32,806 nucleotides of DNA from an uncultured Muribaculaceae bacterium (lineage in GTDB: Bacteria > Bacillota_I > Bacilli_A > RF39 > UBA660): NCBI GenBank assembly GCA_964404455.1, contig CAYOJY010000002.1:1-32806 (forward strand), read 5' to 3'. The translations under genes and the position numbers were made by a program. Shown here piece by piece: positions 18,313-25,901 of the stretch. The notes beneath the pieces were generated by a model. The model saw only the letters and a program-made list of their open reading frames with translations, ran no database searches and was not told the DNA's origin. Within the stretch, counting starts at the first letter, position 1. Each line of letters starts with the position of its first letter.

Positions 18313-19197
18313 TTATTCAAAATTTTTAAAACCTAATTCTAAAAAGTATTTTTCTTTATCTTTCCAATTTTCAATTTTTTTCACATAAGTTTCTAAATAT
18401 ACTTTTTTTTCAAATAAATTTTCTAAATCTTTTCTTGCTTCAATTCCAATTTGTTTAATTTTTTCTCCATGTTTTCCAATAATAATTTTTTTAATTGAAT
18501 CTCTTTCAACAATAATATCCACAAAGATATTAATAATATCTGCCTTATTTTCAAATTTAGTAGTATAACAAGTGACGCTGTGGGGAACTTCTTCACTTGT
18601 TGAATTAAGAATTTTTTCCCGAACAATTTCACTGGCCATGAAGGAAGATGTTGAACTTGTAAACTCATCTTCATTAAAGTATTTTACATCATCATATAAA
18701 TACTTTTTAATAACATAAATTAATCTTTCAATATTATCATTATGGGTAGCCGATATAGGTACAATTTCCGCAAAAGAATATTTATCTTTAACTTCGTCAA
18801 TTTTTTTAATTAATTCTTCATTATTTATTTTATCTATTTTATTTAACACTAAAATAACTGGTACATCATTATTTTTTAAGGATTCTAAAATGTATTGATC
18901 CCCTTTTCCAAATCCTGATGCAATATCAACTATAAATAAAATCACATCAACATCTTTTGTTAACGCAATAGCCTCTTTATTTAAAAACTTGCCTAAACGA
19001 TCAATCGGCTTACCAATTCCCGGAGTATCAACAAAAACTATTTGATAATCTTCTTCATTATAAATTCCTTGAATAATATTTCTTGTTGTTCCCGCTATTG
19101 GAGAGGTAATAGCTACTTTTTCATTAATAATTGTATTTAATAAGGTACTTTTACCTGTATTTGGTCGACCGATTAAACTAACAAAACCACTTTTCAT
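18313..19197 (-). CDS. era: GTPase Era
   Basis: GRPNTGKST, DTPG and NKID motifs plus a C-terminal KH domain (IIGKHGEKIKQIG). Confidence 0.95.
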   Translation of the reverse strand: MKSGFVSLIGRPNTGKSTLLNTIINEKVAITSPIAGTTRNIIQGIYNEEDYQIVFVDTPGIGKPIDRLGKFLNKEAIALTKDVDVILFIVDIASGFGKGDQYILESLKNNDVPVILVLNKIDKINNEELIKKIDEVKDKYSFAEIVPISATHNDNIERLIYVIKKYLYDDVKYFNEDEFTSSTSSFMASEIVREKILNSTSEEVPHSVTCYTTKFENKADIINIFVDIIVERDSIKKIIIGKHGEKIKQIGIEARKDLENLFEKKVYLETYVKKIENWKDKEKYFLELGFKNFE

Positions 19198-19200
19198 AAA

Positions 19201-19611
19201 TCACCCTAATATTATGATTATCTTTTGAATAAAAATAAATCCACAAATAACCGCAAATGCTAAACTTGATACAAAAGCTGCTGCTGAGGCACAATCTTTG
19301 GCTATTTTGGCATATTCATTATAATCTTTGGTAAACATATCAACGGTTGCTTCAATTGAAGTGTTAAGTAATTCAATACTAAGCACAACAACAGAAGATA
19401 AGATTATTATTGCCCATTGAATAAAAGAAATATCTAAAATTAAGCCAATAATTATAACACTAATTGTGCCAAAACCATGTAACCATAAACTCTGTTCATT
19501 CGCATAAGCATAAGTTAAACCATTAATGGAATATTTAATACTATCAATAAATCTTTTAAAACTAAATTTTTTATTTTGATTCTTTGGTACTTCTTGTTTC
19601 TTTAAATTCAT
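19201..19611 (-). CDS. dgkA: Diacylglycerol/undecaprenol kinase (DgkA family)
   Basis: A small three-TM protein with the ELLNTSIEATVD motif. It lies between ybeY and era, as in B. subtilis. Confidence 0.85.
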   Translation of the reverse strand: MNLKKQEVPKNQNKKFSFKRFIDSIKYSINGLTYAYANEQSLWLHGFGTISVIIIGLILDISFIQWAIIILSSVVVLSIELLNTSIEATVDMFTKDYNEYAKIAKDCASAAAFVSSLAFAVICGFIFIQKIIIILG

Positions 19612-20029
19612 TTAAAATCAACTCCTGTTTTTCAAACATATTTTTTTCTTCATTTTCATTTTGATGATTATAACCTAATAAATGAAGTAACCCATGAACT
19701 GTTAAGAAACATAATTCTCTTACTTCACTATGACTATATTCTTTTGCCTGATTTACCATTTTAGGGATGCATATATATATTTCTCCTAAAAGGCGATAAC
19801 CATTTACTTTCTTGCCCCCATTATCCTCAAATGCAAATGATATAACATCTGTTGTTTTATCAATTTTACGATAATTCCGGTTAATTTTTTTAATTGCTGC
19901 CTCATCGGTAAAAATAATTGTAAAAACACTTTTTTTTATTTTTTCTAATTTTAAAGTTTTTTTTATAACCTTTTCTAAAATTTCGGGATAATTATAGTTA
20001 TATTCATTAATAATTTCATAGTAATTCAT
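19571..20029 (-). CDS. ybeY: rRNA maturation endoribonuclease YbeY
   Basis: HGLLHLLGYNH zinc-binding motif, 152 aa. Confidence 0.9.
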   Translation of the reverse strand: MNYYEIINEYNYNYPEILEKVIKKTLKLEKIKKSVFTIIFTDEAAIKKINRNYRKIDKTTDVISFAFEDNGGKKVNGYRLLGEIYICIPKMVNQAKEYSHSEVRELCFLTVHGLLHLLGYNHQNENEEKNMFEKQELILNEFKETRSTKESK

Positions 20030-20645
20030 TTATATTAATAACCCCCATAAAACCGAGAATATAAGCAATTAAAGTAAATATTATTATAATACACAAAACA
20101 TCATAAAGTCCATCTTTTTGAAAAATTTTAGGTAATCTACATTTTACGGCATTTAAACCTACAAATATTAAATAACCGATTGAAGAACCTAAAACATTTA
20201 AAATAACATCATCAATGTCAAATGCTCTGCCAATATTATATTGAATTAATTCAACTGAAAAACTAACAATTAAGGTTGCAGTAAACACTGTAAAAATAGT
20301 TTTAGGTTTAATATGATAAGCAATATAAAGACCAAATGGTAAAAAGGCGACAATATTACCTAAAATATTAAAGGCAAATAATTTACTTCCAACTGCATAG
20401 CGAGTTATCTCAGCAAATGGAATAAAGTTAAATCCCCGTATTATATTAATATCAGTTTTACTTAAAAAGGTAAATAAGATTAAAATATACAAAATAAATA
20501 ATAAATCGAGTGTTTCTTTATAAAAACAAGTTCTTTGCCGACTATTTTTTAAATAGTAAAATCTAATAACAGTTAAAGTAACAATAAACATTAATAGGAT
20601 TGGCCATATATCTTTAATTGTTTCTTCAAATAATTGTACAAACAT
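20016..20645 (-). CDS. VanZ-family membrane protein
   Basis: A polytopic protein. SVELIQYNIGRAFDIDDVILNVLGSSIGY is the conserved VanZ-like segment. Confidence 0.7.
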   Translation of the reverse strand: MFVQLFEETIKDIWPILLMFIVTLTVIRFYYLKNSRQRTCFYKETLDLLFILYILILFTFLSKTDINIIRGFNFIPFAEITRYAVGSKLFAFNILGNIVAFLPFGLYIAYHIKPKTIFTVFTATLIVSFSVELIQYNIGRAFDIDDVILNVLGSSIGYLIFVGLNAVKCRLPKIFQKDGLYDVLCIIIIFTLIAYILGFMGVININELL

Positions 20646-20661
20646 TACTTTTCCTCTTTTC

Positions 20662-21771
20662 TTAATTAATTATTTCTTCAGTTACAATAAATACCTCTAT
20701 ATCTATTTTACTATCATTTATACTTTTTTTCAAAACTTTTTTACTAATTATCTTTTCATTTGCCTTTAATTTTAACTTTATTTTGTTTTCTGCCTCTAAA
20801 AGGGCTTTTTGAAGTCCCGTTTTTTCATCATAAATATATTTTTTTCTAATGATTTCTTCTTCTTTTTCTAAATACAAACGATAATTAAATAAATCAAATA
20901 AAATCTTATAGCTACTTTGACTATTTTTTATTCTTTTTCTTAAAATTCTTTTTTTATAATTAAGATGCTGAAATAATAAATTATATCTACTTTTTCCACT
21001 TTTTTCATCAATAAAATACTCTAAGGGCAAACTAACACTTACTTCATACCAACGTTCAGCATTAATTATTCCTTCCGCACAAACTTGAGTTTTTAAGGAT
21101 TCGTTATATACAATATTACCTGTAATTAATAAATCTCCTTCTTTAACATAATCACCAATTGTAACTAAATTTACCCCTTTAAGAACATTTAATCCAGTAA
21201 TTACCCCATTTTTTTTAGCATAAACATCACAAAATAAAACTTTTTCTTCTTTCTTCGTAATAATTCTTTCTTCAGCTCGAACTATATATTTCATTCCTTT
21301 ATTTTCAATTTCCAACCAATCTAATTTATCAGGATATTTTTGTAAAATTTTTTCTTTAATTTTATTTATTTTTTGATAACTTTTTTTAAAAGTTAATGGC
21401 TTTAAATTATTTTCCAATAATTCTTCTTTAATAATATTTTTAATTTCTTTTTTTTCATGAATTATTTGAATATCAATAATTACATTATTAAATATCAAAA
21501 AGAAAATTAATCCACTTAAAGAAATAATAAAAAATAATAAATTTTTGTGAATTAATTCAAAAAAATAATTAATACCGGTTTTTTTATCAATTGTAAATTT
21601 ATAACTAATAATATACTTTTTAACTTTTATATAATCACTTAAACTTATTTTTAAAAAAACATATTTTTTTGTTTTTTTAATTTCATAAACATTAATATAT
21701 AAATTGTTTAATTTATTTATTAATTTATAATAATTATTATTTTCTGTTTTAATCCAAATAATATCATTCAT
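20662..21771 (-). CDS. yqfD: Sporulation protein YqfD
   Basis: About 370 aa with a central TM segment. It lies immediately downstream of, and overlaps, the yqfC-like gene. The N-terminal pattern is typical of YqfD. Confidence 0.75.
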   Translation of the reverse strand: MNDIIWIKTENNNYYKLINKLNNLYINVYEIKKTKKYVFLKISLSDYIKVKKYIISYKFTIDKKTGINYFFELIHKNLLFFIISLSGLIFFLIFNNVIIDIQIIHEKKEIKNIIKEELLENNLKPLTFKKSYQKINKIKEKILQKYPDKLDWLEIENKGMKYIVRAEERIITKKEEKVLFCDVYAKKNGVITGLNVLKGVNLVTIGDYVKEGDLLITGNIVYNESLKTQVCAEGIINAERWYEVSVSLPLEYFIDEKSGKSRYNLLFQHLNYKKRILRKRIKNSQSSYKILFDLFNYRLYLEKEEEIIRKKYIYDEKTGLQKALLEAENKIKLKLKANEKIISKKVLKKSINDSKIDIEVFIVTEEIIN

Positions 21772-22009
21772 GATTATAATTTAAACTTTTAATTGTTCCT
21801 TTAATTAATACCTCATTCTTCAGCATTTTTTTAATTAAAAGTTTTTCCCCTTTTACAATTAAAACAAAATCAACAAATTGAAATATCATTTCCTCATTAT
21901 TAAATTTTTGAATTTTTTCAAAATTATATATGTGAATATAATTCTTATACAACGATACAAAGTATTCTTGATCATATAAAAAATTTTTTATATTATCTTT
22001 TAAATTCAC
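21764..22009 (-). CDS. yqfC: YabP/YqfC-family sporulation protein
   Basis: 81 aa. The pattern IHIYNFEKIQKFNNEEMIF...LIVKGEKLLIKKMLKNEVLIKGTIKSL fits the YabP/YqfC repeat pattern. Its position between rpsU and yqfD matches B. subtilis. Confidence 0.7.
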   Translation of the reverse strand: MNLKDNIKNFLYDQEYFVSLYKNYIHIYNFEKIQKFNNEEMIFQFVDFVLIVKGEKLLIKKMLKNEVLIKGTIKSLNYNHE

Positions 22010-22038
22010 ATTATCACCATTTAAATTATATGAAAATT

Positions 22039-22064
22039 AAAAAAGACTATTGCAAAAGTCTTTT
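22039..22064 (-). terminator. Rho-independent terminator of rpsU (AAAAGACT-loop-AGTCTTTT followed by a T-run on the minus strand)
   Basis: An inverted repeat, read directly, about 20 nt past the rpsU stop. On the minus strand it reads GAAAAGACTtttgcaatAGTCTTTTTTAATTTT. Confidence 0.6.
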
Positions 22065-22084
22065 CAAAAACCATTAAATCTTAA

Positions 22085-22276
22085 TTAATAACGATCTTTT
22101 TTAGATTTACGAGAATTTTTAATGCCTTCTTTAATTTCATTTCTTTTCTTTACGCCAGGTTTCTCGTAATGTTTTCTTTTTTTTACTTCAGAAAGGACGC
22201 CGCTTTTAGCTACCTTAGCTTTTAGTTTTCGTAATGCACCATCAACGTTTCCATTTTGAACTACTACTTTTGTCAT
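22085..22276 (-). CDS. rpsU: 30S ribosomal protein S21
   Basis: A basic 63-aa protein with GALRKLKAKVAKSGVLSEVKKRKHYEKPGVKKR. GGGAGGG RBS. Confidence 0.95.
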   Translation of the reverse strand: MTKVVVQNGNVDGALRKLKAKVAKSGVLSEVKKRKHYEKPGVKKRNEIKEGIKNSRKSKKDRY

Positions 22277-22305
22277 TTTCCGCCCTCCCTTCGTTTCTGT
22301 AAGTT

Positions 22306-22334
22306 ATTATAGCACTATTTCCCCCAACACACAA
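22306..22334 (-). promoter_or_regulatory. Putative sigma-A promoter of rpsU (TTGTGT-17 nt-TATAAT with an extended -10 TG)
   Basis: The minus strand reads TTGTGT gttgggggaaatagTGc TATAAT, about 30 nt upstream of the rpsU ATG. Confidence 0.45.
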
Positions 22335-22467
22335 CTAAAAATAACTGCAATAAGCTTCCTTTTTAAAATTAATTTTACAATTTAACTAAGTAATAAAAGA
22401 ATCATTTTCTTTTTTACGGTTAGTGTTAATCAAAAATTTTATATTTTAGAAAATATAATTTTATTAT

Positions 22468-22497
22468 AAAAACTGTTGACTTTTAATCAACAGTTTT
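22468..22497 (-). terminator. Rho-independent terminator closing the bacteriocin operon
   Basis: The minus strand reads AAAACTGTTGA-ttaaaag-TCAACAGTTTTT, starting about 10 nt after the stop of the second peptide gene. The element is symmetric, with an A-run on the other side. Confidence 0.65.
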
Positions 22498-22507
22498 ATC
22501 TTTTAGT

Positions 22508-22669
22508 TTAACAATAATTTTTTCTAATACTATTTTTTATTGCTGAACCAACTAACTGCCCAAGTAATAAGAACGTTGAAGCTAATCTAGAAATTGCATT
22601 TACCATTGTTGAAGAAATACTGGCTCCGCCATTTATTTCTTGTAATTCAATATTATTTAATACTATCAT
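22508..22669 (-). CDS. Double-glycine-leader peptide B (53 aa), putative class II bacteriocin precursor; not in the ORF track
   Basis: Manual translation gives MIVLNNIELQEINGG/ASISSTMVNAISRLASTFLLLGQLVGSAIKNSIRKNYC. The 15-aa leader fits the consensus (L)..EL..I.GG. The mature part is amphipathic and cationic, with a GxxxG motif (GQLVG). The ATG lies 2 nt after the peptide A stop, which suggests translational coupling. Confidence 0.75.
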   Translation of the reverse strand: MIVLNNIELQEINGGASISSTMVNAISRLASTFLLLGQLVGSAIKNSIRKNYC

Positions 22670-22671
22670 TT

Positions 22672-22812
22672 TTATTTACGACATTTAAACGGATTTAAAT
22701 AACCATCAATAATCCCTATCAAAAATGCTCCTACACCAATTAATGCTAAAGCTAATCCTATACTAGCGCCACCTTTTATTTCAGTTAATTCAGTACTTGC
22801 TAATTTATGCAT
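22672..22812 (-). CDS. Double-glycine-leader peptide A (46 aa), putative class II bacteriocin precursor; not in the ORF track
   Basis: Manual translation gives MHKLASTELTEIKGG/ASIGLALALIGVGAFLIGIIDGYLNPFKCRK. A strong RBS, GAAAGGAGAAACG, precedes the ATG. The leader is 15 aa and ends in GG. The mature part is a hydrophobic, small-residue-rich helix with a cationic tail. The gene starts 12 nt downstream of the accessory gene. Confidence 0.8.
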   Translation of the reverse strand: MHKLASTELTEIKGGASIGLALALIGVGAFLIGIIDGYLNPFKCRK

Positions 22813-22824
22813 CGTTTCTCCTTT

Positions 22825-23217
22825 CTATGTTATTTTTTTAATTATTCTTTCTTCTTGATAATATACTTTAATTTTCACAATTTCATTTTCTAATAATTTT
22901 TTGGGCATACTTATTTGATATTTTTGGTAATTAATTAAATTTATTTCATCAATTAATAATTCACTAATATTTAAGATTTTAAAATCATACTTTTGATTGT
23001 TTACCATAACATAATTAGCGTTATTAATTTTATCAACATCTTTAATTGGTATATTAATAAAGTATTTGCCTTCCGCACAATATAAAATTGATTCATAAAC
23101 AGAATATATTTTTATATTTAAAACAAAAATCACAAAAATAATTAATACCAAAGTTACAATTATTAACGGATATTTTTTTAACTTTATATTTAATAAATCC
23201 TGATAATTATCAAACAT
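22825..23217 (-). CDS. Membrane-anchored 130-aa protein; putative minimal HlyD/LcnD-type bacteriocin export accessory protein (an immunity role is not excluded)
   Basis: A short cytoplasmic N-terminus (MFDNYQDLLNIKLKKY, cf. MFDKKLLESSELYDKRY of LcnD), one TM segment, and about 85 aa of beta-rich sequence. Its start overlaps the ABC gene stop by 8 nt (ATGTTTGA). The long coiled-coil of canonical accessory proteins of about 450 aa is absent. Confidence 0.4.
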   Translation of the reverse strand: MFDNYQDLLNIKLKKYPLIIVTLVLIIFVIFVLNIKIYSVYESILYCAEGKYFINIPIKDVDKINNANYVMVNNQKYDFKILNISELLIDEINLINYQKYQISMPKKLLENEIVKIKVYYQEERIIKKIT

Positions 23218-25246
23218 TTATTACCTGTTGAAAATAATTATCTAAGTTTTTATGACTAACATATATAATTGTTTTATCTTTAAATAAATTCTTAAGATTA
23301 TTTATTATTTTTCTTTCAGTAAAAATATCCACTTCACTTAATGCTTCATCAATAATTAATATTTTAAAATCATTAAGACACGCTCTTGCTAAGACGATTC
23401 TTTGCTTCTCTCCTCCTGATAAATTATTTGAATCAACATTAATATAAGTCTCATATCTCAATGGTTTATTTTTAATTATTTCATCGACACAGCAAATTTT
23501 GCAAATTTCAGTAAATAATTTCAAATTTAAATTCCGAAAAAACAAAATATTATTTTTTAATGTATCAGAATATAAATATTCTTTTTGAGACACATAAAGT
23601 ATATTTTTCTTAATTGTTGATAAACTAAGATCATTTATAGAAATATTTCCAATAGTCAGATTTCCTTTTTCTAGCTTTTCACATTTGGCAATTAATTTAC
23701 AAATTGTACTTTTACCACAGCCACTTTTACCTTTTATTAAAATATGTTCTCCCAACTTAACATTTAAATTGAAATTATTTAAAACATAATTTATTTTATT
23801 ATAACTAAAACTCACATTTTGCAATTTTATATCAAAATTATCAATTTTTTCTTCTTGGCCTAATACTTCTTTTTCAATATTCATAAATTCACTTAATTTA
23901 TGAATTGATGCTCTTACAAAATTGTATTTAGGTATATTATTTATAATATTTTTAACTGGATCAAGAAAAAAAATCATTAACGAATTAAAAGTTATTAAAT
24001 TTGGTAAAGTTAATTTATTTTGATAGACTAAAATAAATCCTACGGTATTAACTAAATAAAACCCTATTTCATTGACATATGTTTTTAAACTTATTTGTAA
24101 ATTACTAGTTTTAATTAAACGGTAATTATCATACATAAATCTACTAACATTTTTCTCAATGTAATTTAATATTTTACCAGTTATAGATAAATTTTTAATA
24201 CTGCTGATCATCGTTATGCTTTCTACAAATATTGAACTAAACTTATCTTCTAATTCCATATTTTTTAAAATCTTTTTGTATAACACTTTTTTAAAGGTTA
24301 TACCTAAAATTAAATAAATTAATAAAATTCCTAAAAGAATAAAAAATAAAATCTTATTAATATAAATCAAAACTGGAATTAAAAAGATGATTAATAATGA
24401 GTCTAAAATTAAAGATACAAATATTTCTGAAAATAAATTTTTAAAATTGTTTAAATCATTTATTCTGGCAATAATTTCTCCAATAGTTCTAGACTGAACC
24501 ATCTTTAAAGGAAGGTTTAATATATGATTTATAAAATCTTTAAATAAATGAACATCAATATTTTTGTTTAAATGATTTTCATAATACAATCTAAGTTGAC
24601 TTAATATTGCTTTGAATAATGTTACTATGAAAAAAAGCAAAAAAATTATTTTTAAAAATTTAAACCCATTATCTAAATTTTCTAAACTAACTTTAAAATA
24701 ATATCCATTTATTATAGTCAAAATCATTAAAATAACACTAGCTAAAATAATTTGCCAAACTAAACCTTTTTCTGTTTTTATTATTTTGATAAATAAATCT
24801 ATTAATTTAGTTTCTTTTTTAAAAAAGACTATTTCTCTTGATGGATAAAATTCTATTATTTTTTTAGTCCATATTTTCAAAAATTCATCTTTTGATAATA
24901 CTTTTTTCCCAAAAGCTGGATCCATTATTATTGCTTTTTTATTATCTAGATGATATAACACAACAAAGTGCTGCAAATTATTTAAAACGACATGACAGAT
25001 AGCTGGTAAGGTCAAAGAAACATTATTAATTTCGGTTTCTTCAATTTGAAATCCTGCAGAATCAAAACCATACTTTTTAGCCGAATCAATTATATTGAAT
25101 GCTGTGGTGCCTTCCTGATTAGTACAGGTATCTGATATAACTCTTTCTAAAGTTATGTTCCCACCATAATACTTAATAATTGACAAAAGCGCTGCCGCAC
25201 CACAATCTTTTAAATTATGCTGTTTAACAACAATGACTTTTTTTAT
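23210..25246 (-). CDS. Peptidase C39 domain-containing bacteriocin ABC exporter (ComA/LcnC/LagD family); start inferred at a non-canonical ATA codon
   Basis: The C39 catalytic motifs are Q-HNLK-DCGAAALLSIIKYYGG, HFVVLY and IIMDP. There are six TM segments. The ABC motifs are GKSGCGKST, LSGGEKQR, ILIIDEALS and YVSH. The track ORF (23210..25186, TTG start) begins after the catalytic Cys. The frame stays open for 22 more codons back to a TGA. The GGGAGG RBS is 8 nt from an in-frame ATA at 25246. Confidence 0.85.
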   Translation of the reverse strand: MKKVIVVKQHNLKDCGAAALLSIIKYYGGNITLERVISDTCTNQEGTTAFNIIDSAKKYGFDSAGFQIEETEINNVSLTLPAICHVVLNNLQHFVVLYHLDNKKAIIMDPAFGKKVLSKDEFLKIWTKKIIEFYPSREIVFFKKETKLIDLFIKIIKTEKGLVWQIILASVILMILTIINGYYFKVSLENLDNGFKFLKIIFLLFFIVTLFKAILSQLRLYYENHLNKNIDVHLFKDFINHILNLPLKMVQSRTIGEIIARINDLNNFKNLFSEIFVSLILDSLLIIFLIPVLIYINKILFFILLGILLIYLILGITFKKVLYKKILKNMELEDKFSSIFVESITMISSIKNLSITGKILNYIEKNVSRFMYDNYRLIKTSNLQISLKTYVNEIGFYLVNTVGFILVYQNKLTLPNLITFNSLMIFFLDPVKNIINNIPKYNFVRASIHKLSEFMNIEKEVLGQEEKIDNFDIKLQNVSFSYNKINYVLNNFNLNVKLGEHILIKGKSGCGKSTICKLIAKCEKLEKGNLTIGNISINDLSLSTIKKNILYVSQKEYLYSDTLKNNILFFRNLNLKLFTEICKICCVDEIIKNKPLRYETYINVDSNNLSGGEKQRIVLARACLNDFKILIIDEALSEVDIFTERKIINNLKNLFKDKTIIYVSHKNLDNYFQQVINV

Positions 25247-25377
25247 TACATAAACCTCCCTTCACTCAAATTATTACATTAAAATATTATTTATCCTTTT
25301 ATTGATTCGAATTTTTAATTTTTGAGCATAAGTCAGAATAATTAATCATAGGATTTATTGATAATTGGAGGATATAT

Positions 25378-25866
25378 ATGATTAACAAAGAAAATTTATG
25401 GTTTATAACCCTTTTTTCATTAATATTAGTTTTAGGAATTTACTATGTCACAATGAAAGATGACGAATTAAAAGTTTCAGCAGTTAAAAATAATTCATCA
25501 TTAAAATTAGATGTTACGGAAGTTGATTCCCTTGTAGCACTTCGAGTTGAAGAAGAAGAAATGTCTTTAAAAGAAATTGAAGAATTACAAACAATCTTAT
25601 TAGATGAAAAAACAACAATTGAAGAAAAAAACGATGCTTATGAAAATTTACAAGCATTAAATACACAAAAAGGAAAAGTTGAGGAAGTTGAAAAGTTAAT
25701 CAAAAATAAATTTTCACTTGACTCATTCGTCAAAATTAAAAATGATCAAATAAATATCGTTATTGCCGGTAAAAATCATGATACTAGCTTGGCAAACGAA
25801 ATAATTCGCTCAGTTCAGGAAAAATATACTAACCAAATGTACATAACCGTTAAATTTCAGCCATAA
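25378..25866 (+). CDS. spoIIIAH: Stage III sporulation protein AH-like (SpoIIIAH family)
   Basis: The N-terminal KENLWFITLFSLILVLGIYYV parallels B. subtilis KQTVWLLTMLSLVVVLSVYYI. The C-terminal ALRVEEEE...EEKNDAYENLQAL...VEKLIKNKFSLDSFVKIKNDQINIVIAG...ITVKFQP parallels the SpoIIIAH YscJ-like domain. GGAGGA RBS. Confidence 0.75.
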   Translation: MINKENLWFITLFSLILVLGIYYVTMKDDELKVSAVKNNSSLKLDVTEVDSLVALRVEEEEMSLKEIEELQTILLDEKTTIEEKNDAYENLQALNTQKGKVEEVEKLIKNKFSLDSFVKIKNDQINIVIAGKNHDTSLANEIIRSVQEKYTNQMYITVKFQP

Positions 25867-25873
25867 CATCATC

Positions 25874-25901
25874 ACCACTTTTTCTTCACATTCATAAAAT
25901 A
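25874..25901 (+). promoter_or_regulatory. Sigma-K-like promoter upstream of gerE (AC-17 nt-CATAaaaTA)
   Basis: The sequence tcACcactttttcttcacattCATAAAATA matches the B. subtilis sigma-K consensus AC / CATA---TA with a 17-nt spacer. It lies about 35 nt before the gerE ATG. Such a short motif is weak evidence in AT-rich DNA. Confidence 0.3.

Noticed and set aside
18423-18674. 83-aa minus-strand ORF from the track
   Set aside because: It is nested out of frame within era. It has no RBS and no recognisable sequence.
22277-22507. Search for an immunity gene or further peptide gene between the bacteriocin terminator and rpsU
   Set aside because: Only trivial ORFs are present (for example 7 aa). 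The region is accounted for by the terminator and the rpsU promoter and leader.
25253-25377. Repeated 9-mer ATCAATAAA (twice, about 56 nt apart on the minus strand) in the divergent promoter region, considered as a regulator-binding direct repeat
   Set aside because: A 9-mer made almost entirely of A and T is expected to recur by chance in DNA this AT-rich. The spacing does not match the LytTR-type repeat spacing typical of bacteriocin promoters, and no cognate regulator gene is present.
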